Of a stretch of DNA of 64,000 bases, positions 1 through 10,795 are shown piece by piece. The DNA is from Octopus sinensis (lineage: Eukaryota): the NCBI RefSeq assembly GCF_006345805.1, contig NC_043001.1, forward strand, positions 83,514,001-83,578,000. The letters are read 5' to 3'. Below the pieces are notes generated by a model, which was given only the letters and a program-made list of their open reading frames with translations, was not told the DNA's origin and searched no databases. Within the stretch, counting starts at the first letter, position 1, and the number at the start of each line of letters is the position of its first letter. Position numbers and translations under genes: made by a program.

Positions 1-96
1 TATGCATTTTGCCTGGCATACTAACAATTATAATTACAAACAACACAGAAGAAAAAAATAAACAAGAAACACAGAAGAAAATATAAGTGTCTTTAC

Positions 97-207
97 ATGG
101 CTGTGATGGGTTACGAAATTTCACTTTCTTATCAGAATCCCAAGCAATCCCAGTCTTGATCAGTGGCACAGTTCTTGATCTGTTCACATAGTCCAATTGG
201 AAAGAAT
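97..207 (-). CDS. TMEM30A: CDC50/TMEM30A coding exon 5 (DSFQLDYVNRSRTVPLIKTGIAWDSDKKVKFRNPSQP)
   Basis: Pyrimidine tract plus AG acceptor (208-209), GT donor (96-95); 111 nt, phase 1 to 1, in frame with exon 4; GIAWxSDKxxKFRNP is a CDC50 family motif. Missed by the ORF track. Confidence 0.92.
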
Positions 208-394
208 CTGTTAAAATAAAATAGAAAATGTAAACCATTAGTATTTAAGATTTCGCATTGCAAAAAAAAAAAAAAAAAAAAAAAAAACATGAAAAGAAAC
301 ACAAACATTATTTTGGAAGAGAACAATTGTTTTAACACTTCGCCTACCAACCCTATTTTGTATCATATTTTGTTATGAATTATGCATTTTCTTC

Positions 395-510
395 CCAACC
401 ACATGGTTCCAGATTCAGTACCCACTGCATGGCGCCTTGAGTAAGTGTCTTCTTGGGTTGACCAAAGCCTCATCAGTGGATTTGGTAGGTGGAAACTGAA
501 AGAAGCCCAT

Positions 511-548
<38 letters not shown>

Positions 549-660
549 GTTTGTTCCCCACCAGCACTTGACAACTGGTTTTGGTGTGTTTATATCCTCA
601 TGACTTAGCAGTTCAGCAAAATGGTCCAATAGAATAAGTATCAGGCTTCAAAAAGACAAT
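395..660 (+). mobile_element. SINE family A copy, split by the LINE insertion; its tail resumes at about 3763-3847
   Basis: Matches the family seen at 46541 and 27920, including the internal (TG)n tract; the missing tail (ttcaaggtagtgccccagcatgaccacagtc...tgactgaaacaagtaaaaga) appears immediately after the LINE 5' truncation point. Confidence 0.75.
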
Positions 661-3600
661 CATCATCATCATCGTTTAACGTCCACTTTCCATGCTAGCA
701 TGGGTTGGACGGTTCAACTGGGGTCTGGCAAGCCCGAAGGCTGCACCAGGCCAGTCAGATCTGGCAGTGTTTCTACAGCTGGATGCCCTTCCTAACGCCA
801 ACCACTCCGAGAGTGTAGTGGGTGATTTTATGTGCCACCGACACAGGTGCCAGACGAGGCTGGCAGACGGCCACGCTCGGATGGTGTTTTTTATGTGCCA
901 CCGACACAGGTGCCAGACGAGGCTGGCTGACGGCCACGCTCGGATGGTGTTTTCTTATGTGTCACCGACACAGGTGCCAGACGGGGCTGGCGGACGGCCA
1001 CGCTCGGATGGTGTTTGTTATGTGCCCTCAGCACGGAGGCCAGTCGTTGCGGTACTGGCTACGATCACGTTCGGATGGTTTTCTTATGTGCCACCGGCAC
1101 TGGTACCACAAGGATACAAATTCCATTGATGTTCATCTATTTTGATTTGGTTCGATTTGATTTGATTTGATTTGATTCGATTCTCACTTGCCTCAACAGG
1201 TCTTCACAAGTGTCACAAGAAGGAAGGTATGCACAGGTGGACTGACTACATCCCAGGTAGGGGCCACGGATTATGGCTTCACTAGTCTTGCCGGGTCTTC
1301 TCACGCACAGCATACTTCCATAGGTCTCGGTCTCTAGTCATTTCCATGGTGAGACCTAACGTCCAAAGGTCGTGCTTCACCACTTCGTCCCAGGTTTTCC
1401 TGGGTCTACCTCTTCCACGGGTTCCCTCAACTGCTAGGGATTGGCACTTTCTCACACACCTATCTTCATCCATTCTCACCACATGACCATACCAGCGCAA
1501 TCGTCTCTCTTGCACACAACAACTGATGCTTCTTAGGTACAACATTTCTCTCAAGGTACTAACGCTCTGTCGAGTAAGTACACTGACATTACACATCCAT
1601 CGGAGCATACTGGCTTCGTTCCTCACAAGCTTACGCATGTCCTCAGCAGTCACGGCCCATGTTTCACTGCCATGTAGCATAGCTGTTCGTACACATGCAT
1701 CATACAGTCTGCCTTTTACTCTGAGCGAGAGGCCTTTAGTCACCAGCAGAGGTAAGAGCTCCCTAAACTTTGCCCAGGCTATTCTTATTCTAGCAGTTAC
1801 ACTTTCAGCGCACCCGCCCCCACTACTGACTTGGTCACCTAGATAGCGGAAGCTATCAACTACTTCTAGTTTTTCCCCCCGGAAAGTGACGGAAGTTGTT
1901 TTCTGCAGATTTTCGGAGGTCAATGCTCCAGAGCATCTGCCACATACAAAAACTATCTTCCCAGTTAGCCTACCTTTGACATTGCTGCACCTCTTATGTG
2001 TCCATAGCTTACACTGGGTACATCTTATAGAGTTTCTACCTACACCTTTTCTACAGATCGAGCAGGGCCATCTTCCTGAGGATATTTGTGGATTTTTTAA
2101 CTTTCTACTTATTAGTACTTTGGTTTTAGCTAGGTTGACTCTAAGGCCCCTCGATTCTAAACCCTCCTTCCACACCTGGAACTTCTCCTCCAGTTCTGAT
2201 AGTGACTCAGCGATTAGAGCGAGGTCGTCAGCATAGAGGAGCTCCCAGGGGCAACCTGTCTTGAATTCCTCCACAATTGCCTGGAGGACTATGATAAATA
2301 GGAGGGGGCTGAGTACTGAACCCTGGTGGACCCCAACCTCTACCTTGAATTCTTCTGTGTACATGCTGCCAACTCTAACCTTACTTACGGCATCTCTGTA
2401 CATGGCTTGCACAGCCCTCACCAGCCATTCATCTATCCCTAGTTTCCTCATTGACCACCAGATGAGGGATCGGGGGACCCTATCAAAGGCTTTCTCCATG
2501 TCAACGAAAGCCAGGTACAGGGGCTTATCTTTGGCTAGGTATTTCTCCTGCAGCTGCCTTACCAGGAATATAGCATCAGTGGTGCTTTTCCCTGGGACAA
2601 ACCCAAACTGCATCTCATCTAAACTAACTCTCTCTCTAATTAGTTGGGCTATGACCTCTCCGTAACCTTCATTACCTGATCCAACAGCTTGATACCTCTG
2701 TAATTATTTGTATCCAGGGCATCACCTTTACCTTTGTAGCAGTTGACTAGTATGCTGCTACACCAGTCATTGGGTATGACTCCTTCGTGTATCACCTGGT
2801 TGACTATACGGGTGACTAGGATATAGCCGACACTGCCAGATATTTTGAGCATCTCTGCAGTAATTCCTGATGGGCCTGGGGCTTTCCCTGTCTTCATGCT
2901 TCTAATTGCCTTAGCTACCACGGAACTATCAACTCGGATAGCTGGTCCCTCTGTTGGGTCAACATTCGGCAGACTCTCTTTATCCCATTCATTTTCTTAT
3001 TCAGCAACCTTTCATAGTGGCATCTCCAAACCTCTCTCTTTGCATCCTCATTTAGCGCAAGTGAACCATCATCCATGCGAACACACTTCTCTCCTACCAC
3101 ATCACGATTCTCTCTCACACACTGTCTTGCAACACGAAATACCTCAAGTCTTTCATCCTCACGGCTCAGAACATTGGCAAATTTTTTCTTATCCGCTTCC
3201 CCTCTGGCTAAATAACCTGTCTCCTAGCTTCCCTTTTGGCTGTCTGATACAATTCCCTGCTACCACCGTTCTTCCAGTCCTTCCAAGCCTGTCTCTTTTG
3301 TCTAATAGCCCTGTCAACCACAGTGTTCCACCACCATGTTACTCTGGGTCGAGATGGTACTTTGCTCCATCCACAGATCTGGTCAGTGGCTGTCAGCAGA
3401 TTGTCCCGTAGGAATCTCCAGTTGTCTTCCACATTAAGTGAAGCTATATCCCCTTCTATTTCGTCAGAGGCTTCGAGTAGTATGTCTCTAAATCTCTGTC
3501 CATTTGCAGGATCTTTAAGCTTCCAGACCCTTCTCCTCCAAGCTGGTCTTCTTCTGGGCAACCATTTAGCTCTGATCCTGAAGTCGCTAACTACTAATCT

Positions 3601-3762
3601 ATGTTGGGGAGTACATTCTTCGCCTGGGAAGGTTTTGGCATTTATAATCAGCCCTCTTTCCCTTTTTCTGGCAAGGATGTAGTCAATCTGGCTGGTGTGT
3701 CTGCCAGAACGGTAGGTGACTAGGTGAGAGGTGGGTTTCCTGAAGTGGGTATTGCAGACCAA
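660..3762 (-). mobile_element. 5'-truncated, frameshifted RTE-like LINE: endonuclease C-terminus, RT, PHD-like insert, 3' UTR with hairpin array and (GAT)n tail
   Basis: APE motifs CNTHFRK, TYRSGRHTSQIDYIL (3762-3300); KAPGPSGI and NYRGIKLL (2921-2649); RT motifs FVDMEKAFDRV, GVHQGSVLSPLLF, YADD, FRYLG (ORF 1282-2613); (AAATC)n near 1140-1180; tail GTTAAACGATGATGATG at 660-680. Confidence 0.93.
1282..2613 (-). pseudogene. LINE reverse transcriptase, C-terminal 443-aa open segment
   Basis: ORF track entry with non-LTR RT motifs and an RTE-type C-terminus (LHGSETW, RLRWYGHV, RGRGRPRKTW); upstream parts are in other frames. Confidence 0.88.
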
Positions 3763-4067
3763 TACTGAGGTTGATTCATTCGACCAAAAATTATTCAAGG
3801 TAGTGCCCCAGCATGACCACAGTCTTATGACTGAAACAAGTAAAAGATATACATGTTCTAGTTTACTGTATAAACTACTACAATATTTTATAGCATGGGT
3901 GTCACCTGTAACTCCTGTGGTACAGAACAAATATTATATTCATTTTGTGCTGTGGGAGTTACCAGTGAAGCACATCCATTTTCAATATTGGAGCAGTCCT
4001 CTGGCTCACCAGCTTCTACCAAACCATCCATCCAATCCATGCCAACTTTGAAAATGGGCATTAAATG

Positions 4068-4799
4068 AAGATCTTTACCTTTTGACTGACAGATTTAAAA
4101 AATAAATTTTTGTAACTAAACACTTTCAAACTTTGTATACTGGTAGAATGTGTCACATAAAACATCTTTTACTCTTGGCGTTGTTGAAAAGATTCTGTAT
4201 TTTGGAAGTTATTTCTTGTTAAAGTTGTTGTATTTCAGTAATTTCAACCAATCAATGATGTGTATTCAGCTGAATAAAATTACTGCCATTGTTTGTCAAC
4301 AACTTCCAGCAGTGTATATGTCGTTTGTCACTGTTATTTATGACATATTTCATCTCAGTTACGTTTGTATGAATAAACGAGTGTATATGAAGCATGTTTA
4401 CTTCATTGCACCACCATAATCGTTCGTGCTTCATTTTTCATTTTTTTTCCATAACTCTAACCCTAAAACCCCAACACCTTAACCCTAACCCTAAAACCAG
4501 TACAAACACACGAACGATGTCATAAATAACCGCGACAAACGAAATATGCACCGCCGATAGTTGTTATTGACAAACAACAGCAGTAATTTTATTCAGCTGA
4601 ATACATGTCATTGATTGGTTGAAATTACTGAAATACGACAACTTTAACAAGAAATAACTTCCAAAATACAGAATTTTCTCAACAACGCCAAGAGTAAAAG
4701 ATGTTTTATATGACACATTCTACTAGTATACAAAGTCTGAAAGTGTTTAGATACAAAAAATTATTTTTTTAAATCTGTCAGTCAAAAGGTAAAGATCCT
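4068..4799. mobile_element. Foldback/MITE element with about 280-bp inverted arms and a central telomere-like (CCCTAA) tract
   Basis: 4068-4348 is the reverse complement of 4517-4799 (gatctttaccttttgactgacagattt ... aaatctgtcagtcaaaaggtaaagatc); core contains ctaaccctaaaaccc...ttaaccctaaccctaaaacc; right end followed by TTAA. Confidence 0.85.
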
Positions 4800-5534
4800 T
4801 AAATAACGAGGATGACAGGGAAGAAAAAGGACACATTAAAGGCGCTCATGCCAGTGACATGTAAAGGAGACCCGGTATATTCTATGAAGTGGGTGGCTTT
4901 AAGAAGAATAGGGCAGACTGGAGCCTGATGCAGCCCTCTGGTTTACCAGATCCAGTCAAACCCATACAAGCATGGAAAACAGACACAAAATGATGATAGA
5001 TACACTATGTCTGAATAAAAGACAGGAGTGTCACACTTGGAACGTTTGATCATAATCAAGGCTGAGCTGGAGGTTAAACAACAATTATAAACATGCATAA
5101 TATAAAATATAAATATGTGTATATAAAAGGTAGACTCTGTATGTGTGTGTGTGTGTGTGTGTGTACATGAATGCAATTTATGCACGTCCACCAATTAGCA
5201 CGCATGTCGCTCCAATTTTAGGAGGACATTCGTCATGACTCTAGCTATATTTTTGTCAACTTATTTTCCCCCAGAGGCACCAGCGAATAGCAGTAAAAAT
5301 AAAATTTTCAACCAAAACATTTAACAATTTTCAAGTTGGAGAAATCACCACTGTTTGCAAACAGGTGTTGAGTCCCCTTCTAGCGACAAGTAAATTTTTG
5401 TTAAGACTTTTGTTTTTTTCCCATTGTGGAAAAAAGTGTTTTGTTGATGTACGGGCAACACACACACACGAACATGTATGCTATAGGCGTACGTGTGTGT
5501 ATGTTGCTCATATATATATATATATATATATATA

Positions 5535-6190
5535 CTAGCAGTAATACCCGTCGTTCATCAGATAATTACTTTTACTCTTTCTCAGCAGTCACATTCAAAG
5601 TATTATTATATATATAATAGATCTCTCAATGGGGATTTCAAGGAGTCGCTGGCGATGTATCATGATGATCAAAAATCCGGCCTGCTAAAATTTGGTTAAA
5701 GTGATTCAAACTGCAGACTCAACGCAAAATGGTCACATTTAATTCAAAGTGTTAAAAATGTTATGAAAACAATTGGTATCTGTTCACAAAGTCCAAACAA
5801 TTAATATGAAAAAACCCTCCAGGCTACATCCCGAAAATTCATTTCTTTGCCGAATTTCTACAATGTTTACGGCGATTCGTTTTTATATCTTGATTTTTTA
5901 TTTTTCATGAAATTTACACATGCTTGCACGCGTGGTGAACACAGTTCACGTCAAACAGCTGACTGAGTAAAGTTCACTATTCAATGCATGGGATAAGGCC
6001 TAAACAAACACATTATCAATTTTTGCACTTGCGAGATGAATTTCAGAACAGAAATAGCGCAGATCAATTTTCATTCGCCTAAACTTTAAGTGACCCATTT
6101 TTGGTGGTTCTACGATTTGTTGGCTAGGAGGAGATGTGCCGGGAAGTTAAACACACAGACACACACACACAGGTTGAGTTTTATATATAT
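5535..6190 (-). mobile_element. Non-autonomous Helitron-like element
   Basis: Minus-strand 3' end ...gatgaacgacgggtattactgCTAG followed by T; minus-strand start (TA)nAAAACTCAACCTGTGTGTG resembles the Helitron-like 5' end at 48112. Confidence 0.6.
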
Positions 6191-6204
6191 ATATATATAT
6201 ATAT

Positions 6205-6327
6205 AAACAATTTCAACAGATTTCGCCCAAATTTGATGTCGATATTACTTAGTTTGGTTTGAAATAAAGAATTTGATTAGCTTAATATCCTAACTTAATC
6301 CCGGGCAAAGCCGGGTTATACTGCTAG
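6205..6327 (+). mobile_element. Helitron 3' terminal fragment
   Basis: Hairpin cccgg-gcaaag-ccggg followed 9 nt later by CTAG and then T, the canonical Helitron 3' signature. Confidence 0.7.
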
Positions 6328-6368
6328 TACAAAATAAAATAGAGAAGAGTTAATTTGAATCAATATAC

Positions 6369-6567
6369 CATTGAACAAACTGTTAGCTATAGCACCACAT
6401 GGTGCATAACCAATTGTTTTGTTGTACAGACGGAATGGCTCACATTCTCGGACAAGTTCATTTGGTGGGAATATATCGCCCTTTAGCTGCCTATCATCCC
6501 GGGAACGGACATAGCGTCGGTGATTCTGATAAAAGTTGGTCAGTCCATAATACAAGTACACTGGGGC
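6369..6567 (-). CDS. TMEM30A: CDC50/TMEM30A coding exon 4 (APVYLYYGLTNFYQNHRRYVRSRDDRQL...PCGAIANSLFN)
   Basis: Hallmark CDC50 motifs YYGLTNFYQNHRRYV.SRDD.QL and PCGAIANS.FN; AG at 6568-6569, GT at 6368-6367; 199 nt, phase 0 to 1. Confidence 0.96.
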
Positions 6568-6644
6568 CTGTCAAGACAAAAGAGAATTCATTTTAAAATA
6601 GTCCTTTCCTAACAAAATTGTTGTGTGTATTCCATTTTCATCAT

Positions 6645-6935
6645 CATTATCATCATCGTTTAACATCCGCTTTCCATGCTAGCATGGGTTGGACAATTTT
6701 GACTGAGGGCTGGCGAACCAGACGGCCGCACCAGGCTCCAATCTTGATCTGGCAGAGTTTCTACAGCTAGATGCCCTTCCTAACACCAACCACTCTCAGA
6801 GTTTTTGGTGTTAGCAAGGGCATCCAGCTGTAGAGACCAAGCTAAAATCGGACTGGAGCCTGGTGCAGCTCCCCAGCTTTCAGTCAAAACTGTCCAACCC
6901 ATGCCAGCATGGAAAACAAATGTTAAATGATGATG
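6645..6935. repeat. Abutting inverted pair of RTE 3'-end copies
   Basis: Minus copy 6645-6795 and plus copy 6805-6935 are head to head with a spacer of only about 15 nt. Confidence 0.8.
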
Positions 6936-7095
6936 ATGATGGATGGATGATGATGGATAATGATGGATGGTTGGATGATGGATGGATGGATGATGATGAT
7001 GGATGGATGGATGATGATGGATGATAGATGATGATGGATGATAGATGATGATAGATGATGATGGATGAGGATGATGGCTGATGATGATGAGGAGG
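6925..7095. repeat. Expanded (GAT)/(GATG) simple repeat, extended LINE tail
   Basis: Direct reading of the sequence. Confidence 0.9.
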
Positions 7096-7721
7096 AGGTA
7101 CATATGCATGTGTGAGTGTGTGTATGTTTGTGTCTGTGTGATGACTTTGCGTGAGTTCTTGTAAATGACTGTCATTCATTTCCAGTATTCTGAAAAATCA
7201 TGGATATAACCTAGCATCAGTGATAGGATATAAATCAATAATCACCCAGTTGGTCATCTAGTAACCTTATTGAACGAGAAACAAATACATGGGGAAACAG
7301 AGATAAGGGTATGGGGAAAAGAAAAGCAAACAGAGATAGAGATACGAAAAGAAAAACAGAGATGCTCTCTCTTTCTCTTACACACACACACAAAGGTAAA
7401 AACAGATATAAGAAAACAGATAACTACACATATATACACATATGTATATGAGCAGAGACAGATATAAGAAAACAGAGGCATACTCACACGCATACATCAG
7501 AGACAAAAAGATGGAAGAACACATGCAAACACACACACACACAGAGGGAAGCATCAGGCACACATACATGCATATAGGAGCAAACAGTGTGATTTCAGTC
7601 ACTCAATACAACAGATAATACAGAGAGAGAGGTAGAGGTGTGAAAGTAAGGAAGACTGAGAGAGAAGGAGGGAGACAGCGGTAGAAAGAGAGAGGCAGAG
7701 CTGTGTGAAGAAATCCCTTAC

Positions 7722-7862
7722 CTTAAAGTTATTCTTGAGATCAATCTCTATACGACACTGACAGTTAGATGTACTGTTGATCTTGAGGATTTCAGAGCAG
7801 GTTGTATTGGCAGTACTCTGAATACTAACACAGTGGGTGTAGTCAGCTGTTATTTCCATCAC
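7722..7862 (-). CDS. TMEM30A: CDC50/TMEM30A coding exon 3 (VMEITADYTHC...CQCRIEIDLKNNFK)
   Basis: DYTxC motif and Cys pattern of the CDC50 ectodomain; AG 7863-7864, GT 7721-7720; 141 nt, phase 0 to 0. Confidence 0.94.
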
Positions 7863-8280
7863 CTGCAGTAAAAGACAAACGTACAGTTGCACTGTTCAGT
7901 TATTTATCCACACTCATTACAAGGGACCCACTTCTATGTTGGGAGCACAACACAGCAAGAAAAATCTCAACAACTAACATTTCAGCAAGTGCCACAACTT
8001 AGTAAGCACTAACATTCACACATCTATACACACATATATACACATATACACATTCACACATCTATACACACATATATACACATATACACATATATCTATC
8101 TATCTTAATTTCACAACAAAAGATCTTATCTTAGACCCTTTCATTACACCATACACACACACAGACATATATATATATATAGGCATGGCTGTGTGGTAAG
8201 AAGCTTGGGCAAGTGTCTTCTACTATAGCCTTGAGAGTGGATACGGTAGATGGAAACTGAAAGCCCATCATATATATATA

Positions 8281-8441
8281 GGTGCCAGAGTGGCTGTGTG
8301 GTAAGTAGCTTGCTTACCAACCACATGGTTCCGGGTTCAGTCCCATTGCATGGGACCTTGGACAAGTGTCTTTTACTATAACCTTAGGTCGACCAAAGCC
8401 TTGTGAATGGATTTGGTAGACGGAAACTGAAAGAAGTCTGT

Positions 8442-8506
<65 letters not shown>

Positions 8507-8705
8507 TTATGTGCCTGTGTTTCTCCCCAAAACATCGCTTGACAACCGATGCCAGTGTGTTTATGCCCCCATAACTTAGCAGTTCGGCAAAACAGACTGA
8601 TAGAATAAGTACTAGGTTTACAAAGAATAAGTCCTGGTGTCAATTTGCTCAACTGAAGGTGGTGCTCCAGCATGGCCATAGTCAAATGACTAAAACAAGT
8701 AAAAG
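8281..8705 (+). mobile_element. SINE family A with long internal (TA)n
   Basis: Head gagtggctgtgtggtaagtagcttgc, B-box-like ggttcagtccc, body and tail tgactaaaacaagtaaaaga. Confidence 0.8.
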
Positions 8706-9721
8706 AATATATATATATATGTGTATCTTTGTGTCTATGTTTGTCCCTCTCCACAGCTTGACAGCCGGTGCTAGTGCGTTTACATCCCTGTAACTTTGGT
8801 TATAATGACCAATGGAATAAGTACCAGGCTTATAAAAAATAAGTACTGGGGTCGATACATTCAAGCAACATTCTTCAAGGCAGTGCCCCAGCATGGCCGC
8901 AGTCTAATGACTGAAGCAAGATATATATATATATCTTTATTGCCCACAGAAGGCTAAACATAGAGGGGACAATCAAGGGGATTAAGTCGATTACAGCGAC
9001 CCCAGTGCCTCACTGGTACTTATTTAATCAACCCTGAAAGGATGAAAGCAAAGTCGACCACAGTGGAATTTGAACTCAGAACATAACGGCAGCCAAAATA
9101 CTGCTAAGCATTTCGCCCAGTGTGCTAACGTTTCTGCCAGAGTGCCACCCTATATAAAAGATATATACACACACACACATATAGAGGGTGCTCTGGCTAA
9201 ATTTAACAGTTTGCATAAAAGGAAAAGAAAACACAATATCCCAAGCAAAGATAAAAAAAATTTCAAAACTATCAGAAAATACCAATTTTGCTTACAGCTG
9301 AGAGATAATAATTTAATCCAAGTAGCTGCCCTCAACTTCCACCACAGCCTCAAAACAACTCCAGAACCTGACAAGTGTTTCTGTGTCCCTGAGAAGATCT
9401 TCAAATACTTCATCAATCTTATTTCTTTACTGCCGACAATGGGCTACACACAGAGGGGACAAACTGATTAAGTCGATTACATTGACCCCAGTGCATAACT
9501 GGTACTTATTTAATCGACCCCGAAAGGATGAAAGGCAAAGTCAACCTCGGCAGAATTTAAACGCAGAACGTAACGGCAGACGAAATACCGCCAAGCATTT
9601 CGCCCGGTGTGCTGACGATTCTGCCAGCTCACCACCTTATCTTGGCCACTTGCTAAGCCTTGGTGTTGCAAGCAGTAGTTGGTGCCTTTCTCAGGTACAC
9701 ACTACACAGTAAAAGGGTAAA

Positions 9722-10044
9722 GACCCCACTTCAGTCAGGAATGTGATCATAGGATTGCTCCTAGAACGTACCCCTCCAAGGCACATGTCCGGGCAAGGTT
9801 GTTTGTGGAAGACCAGTAGTCGCCCATGCATACCAACCTCCCCTCTCCACACCACCAATGTTATCCAAAGCAAAGATCAATACAGCTTGGAACCAGTGAC
9901 ATTGCAACTCATTACAACAGTTGAGTGAATTGGAGCAACATGAAATAGTGTTTTGCTCAATAATACAACACACAGCCCAGTCTGAGAATTGAACTCAGTA
10001 CCGCATGATGGTGAGCCCAACGCTCTAACTACTGAGCCAGGTGC
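9722..10044 (-). mobile_element. SINE family C (tRNA-like head), diverged copy
   Basis: Similar along its length to 17056-17388 and 45724-46062. Confidence 0.7.
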
Positions 10045-10564
10045 TATCACAGTAATCTATGGGATTACAATCAGGAGAATGAGGCCAGAAATTGGGGCTG
10101 AATCCTGCAGCCAAACATATGGCTTTCAAGCAGCAACCTTCTCAAGGCAGAATTTGACCACAGTCTCCAGTAGCTTCACATAGCCACCTGATCTGAACTT
10201 AAGGCCCTGTTCATCAGTTGTCGGATGAATTCTGGCATGCAGGCACAGCCAGAATGCTTGCTGTGTCCCTTCCTGCTGGTCATGGCTTTGTAGTCTCTAT
10301 TGCAGCTATCCATGTCACAGAACACTGAACAACAGTCATGATGTTGATATGAATCATCATGATACAGGTAACTGTTTTCCAATATTCAGATGACTTCCAG
10401 TCCGCCGTGTCAGCTGACTTTTTCTCAATTGCAACTTCAATCTTTATATTCTCCAATGCTGTTGACTATTCACCAATACATCAAGCTGTTCCCAAAAAAG
10501 GAAACAAAAAAAAACATCAGTTATCCCAAACACCTTGTGTGTGTGCGTGTGTGTGTGTATAGGT

Positions 10565-10795
10565 GTGGCTGTGCTGGCAGAAACATTAACACACCAGACG
10601 AAATGCTTAGCGGTATTTCGTCTGCTGTTACGTTCTGAGTTCAAATTCCGCCGACGTTGACTTTGCCTTTCATCCTTTCGGGATCGATAAATTAAGTACC
10701 AGTTACGCATTGGGGTCAATGTAATCGACTTAATCCCTTTGTCTGTCCTTGTTTGTCCTCTCTATGTTTAGCCCCTTGTGGGCAATAAAGAAATA
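10565..10795 (+). mobile_element. SINE family B
   Basis: ctggcagaaacattaacacaccagacgaaatgc...gttctgagttcaaattccgccg (B-box-like); family recurs more than ten times in the window. Confidence 0.78.

Noticed and set aside
264-288. A25 tract as a processed-transcript tail
   Set aside because: No TSD or associated body; it is a poly-T stretch in the intron upstream of the exon 5 acceptor on the coding strand.
825-1110. CRISPR-like repeat-spacer appearance
   Set aside because: Eukaryotic context, no cas genes, variable parts only 6-12 nt, and the array is part of a LINE 3' UTR.
692-1145. ORFs of 145 and 107 aa with repeated MCHRHRCQ
   Set aside because: Antisense translations of the LINE 3' UTR tandem units.
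1526-3682. Plus-strand ORFs of 106-188 aa over the LINE
   Set aside because: Antisense shadows of RT/endonuclease coding sequence.
6780-7179. His/Ser/Ile-rich ORFs
   Set aside because: Translations of a (GAT)/(GATG) microsatellite.
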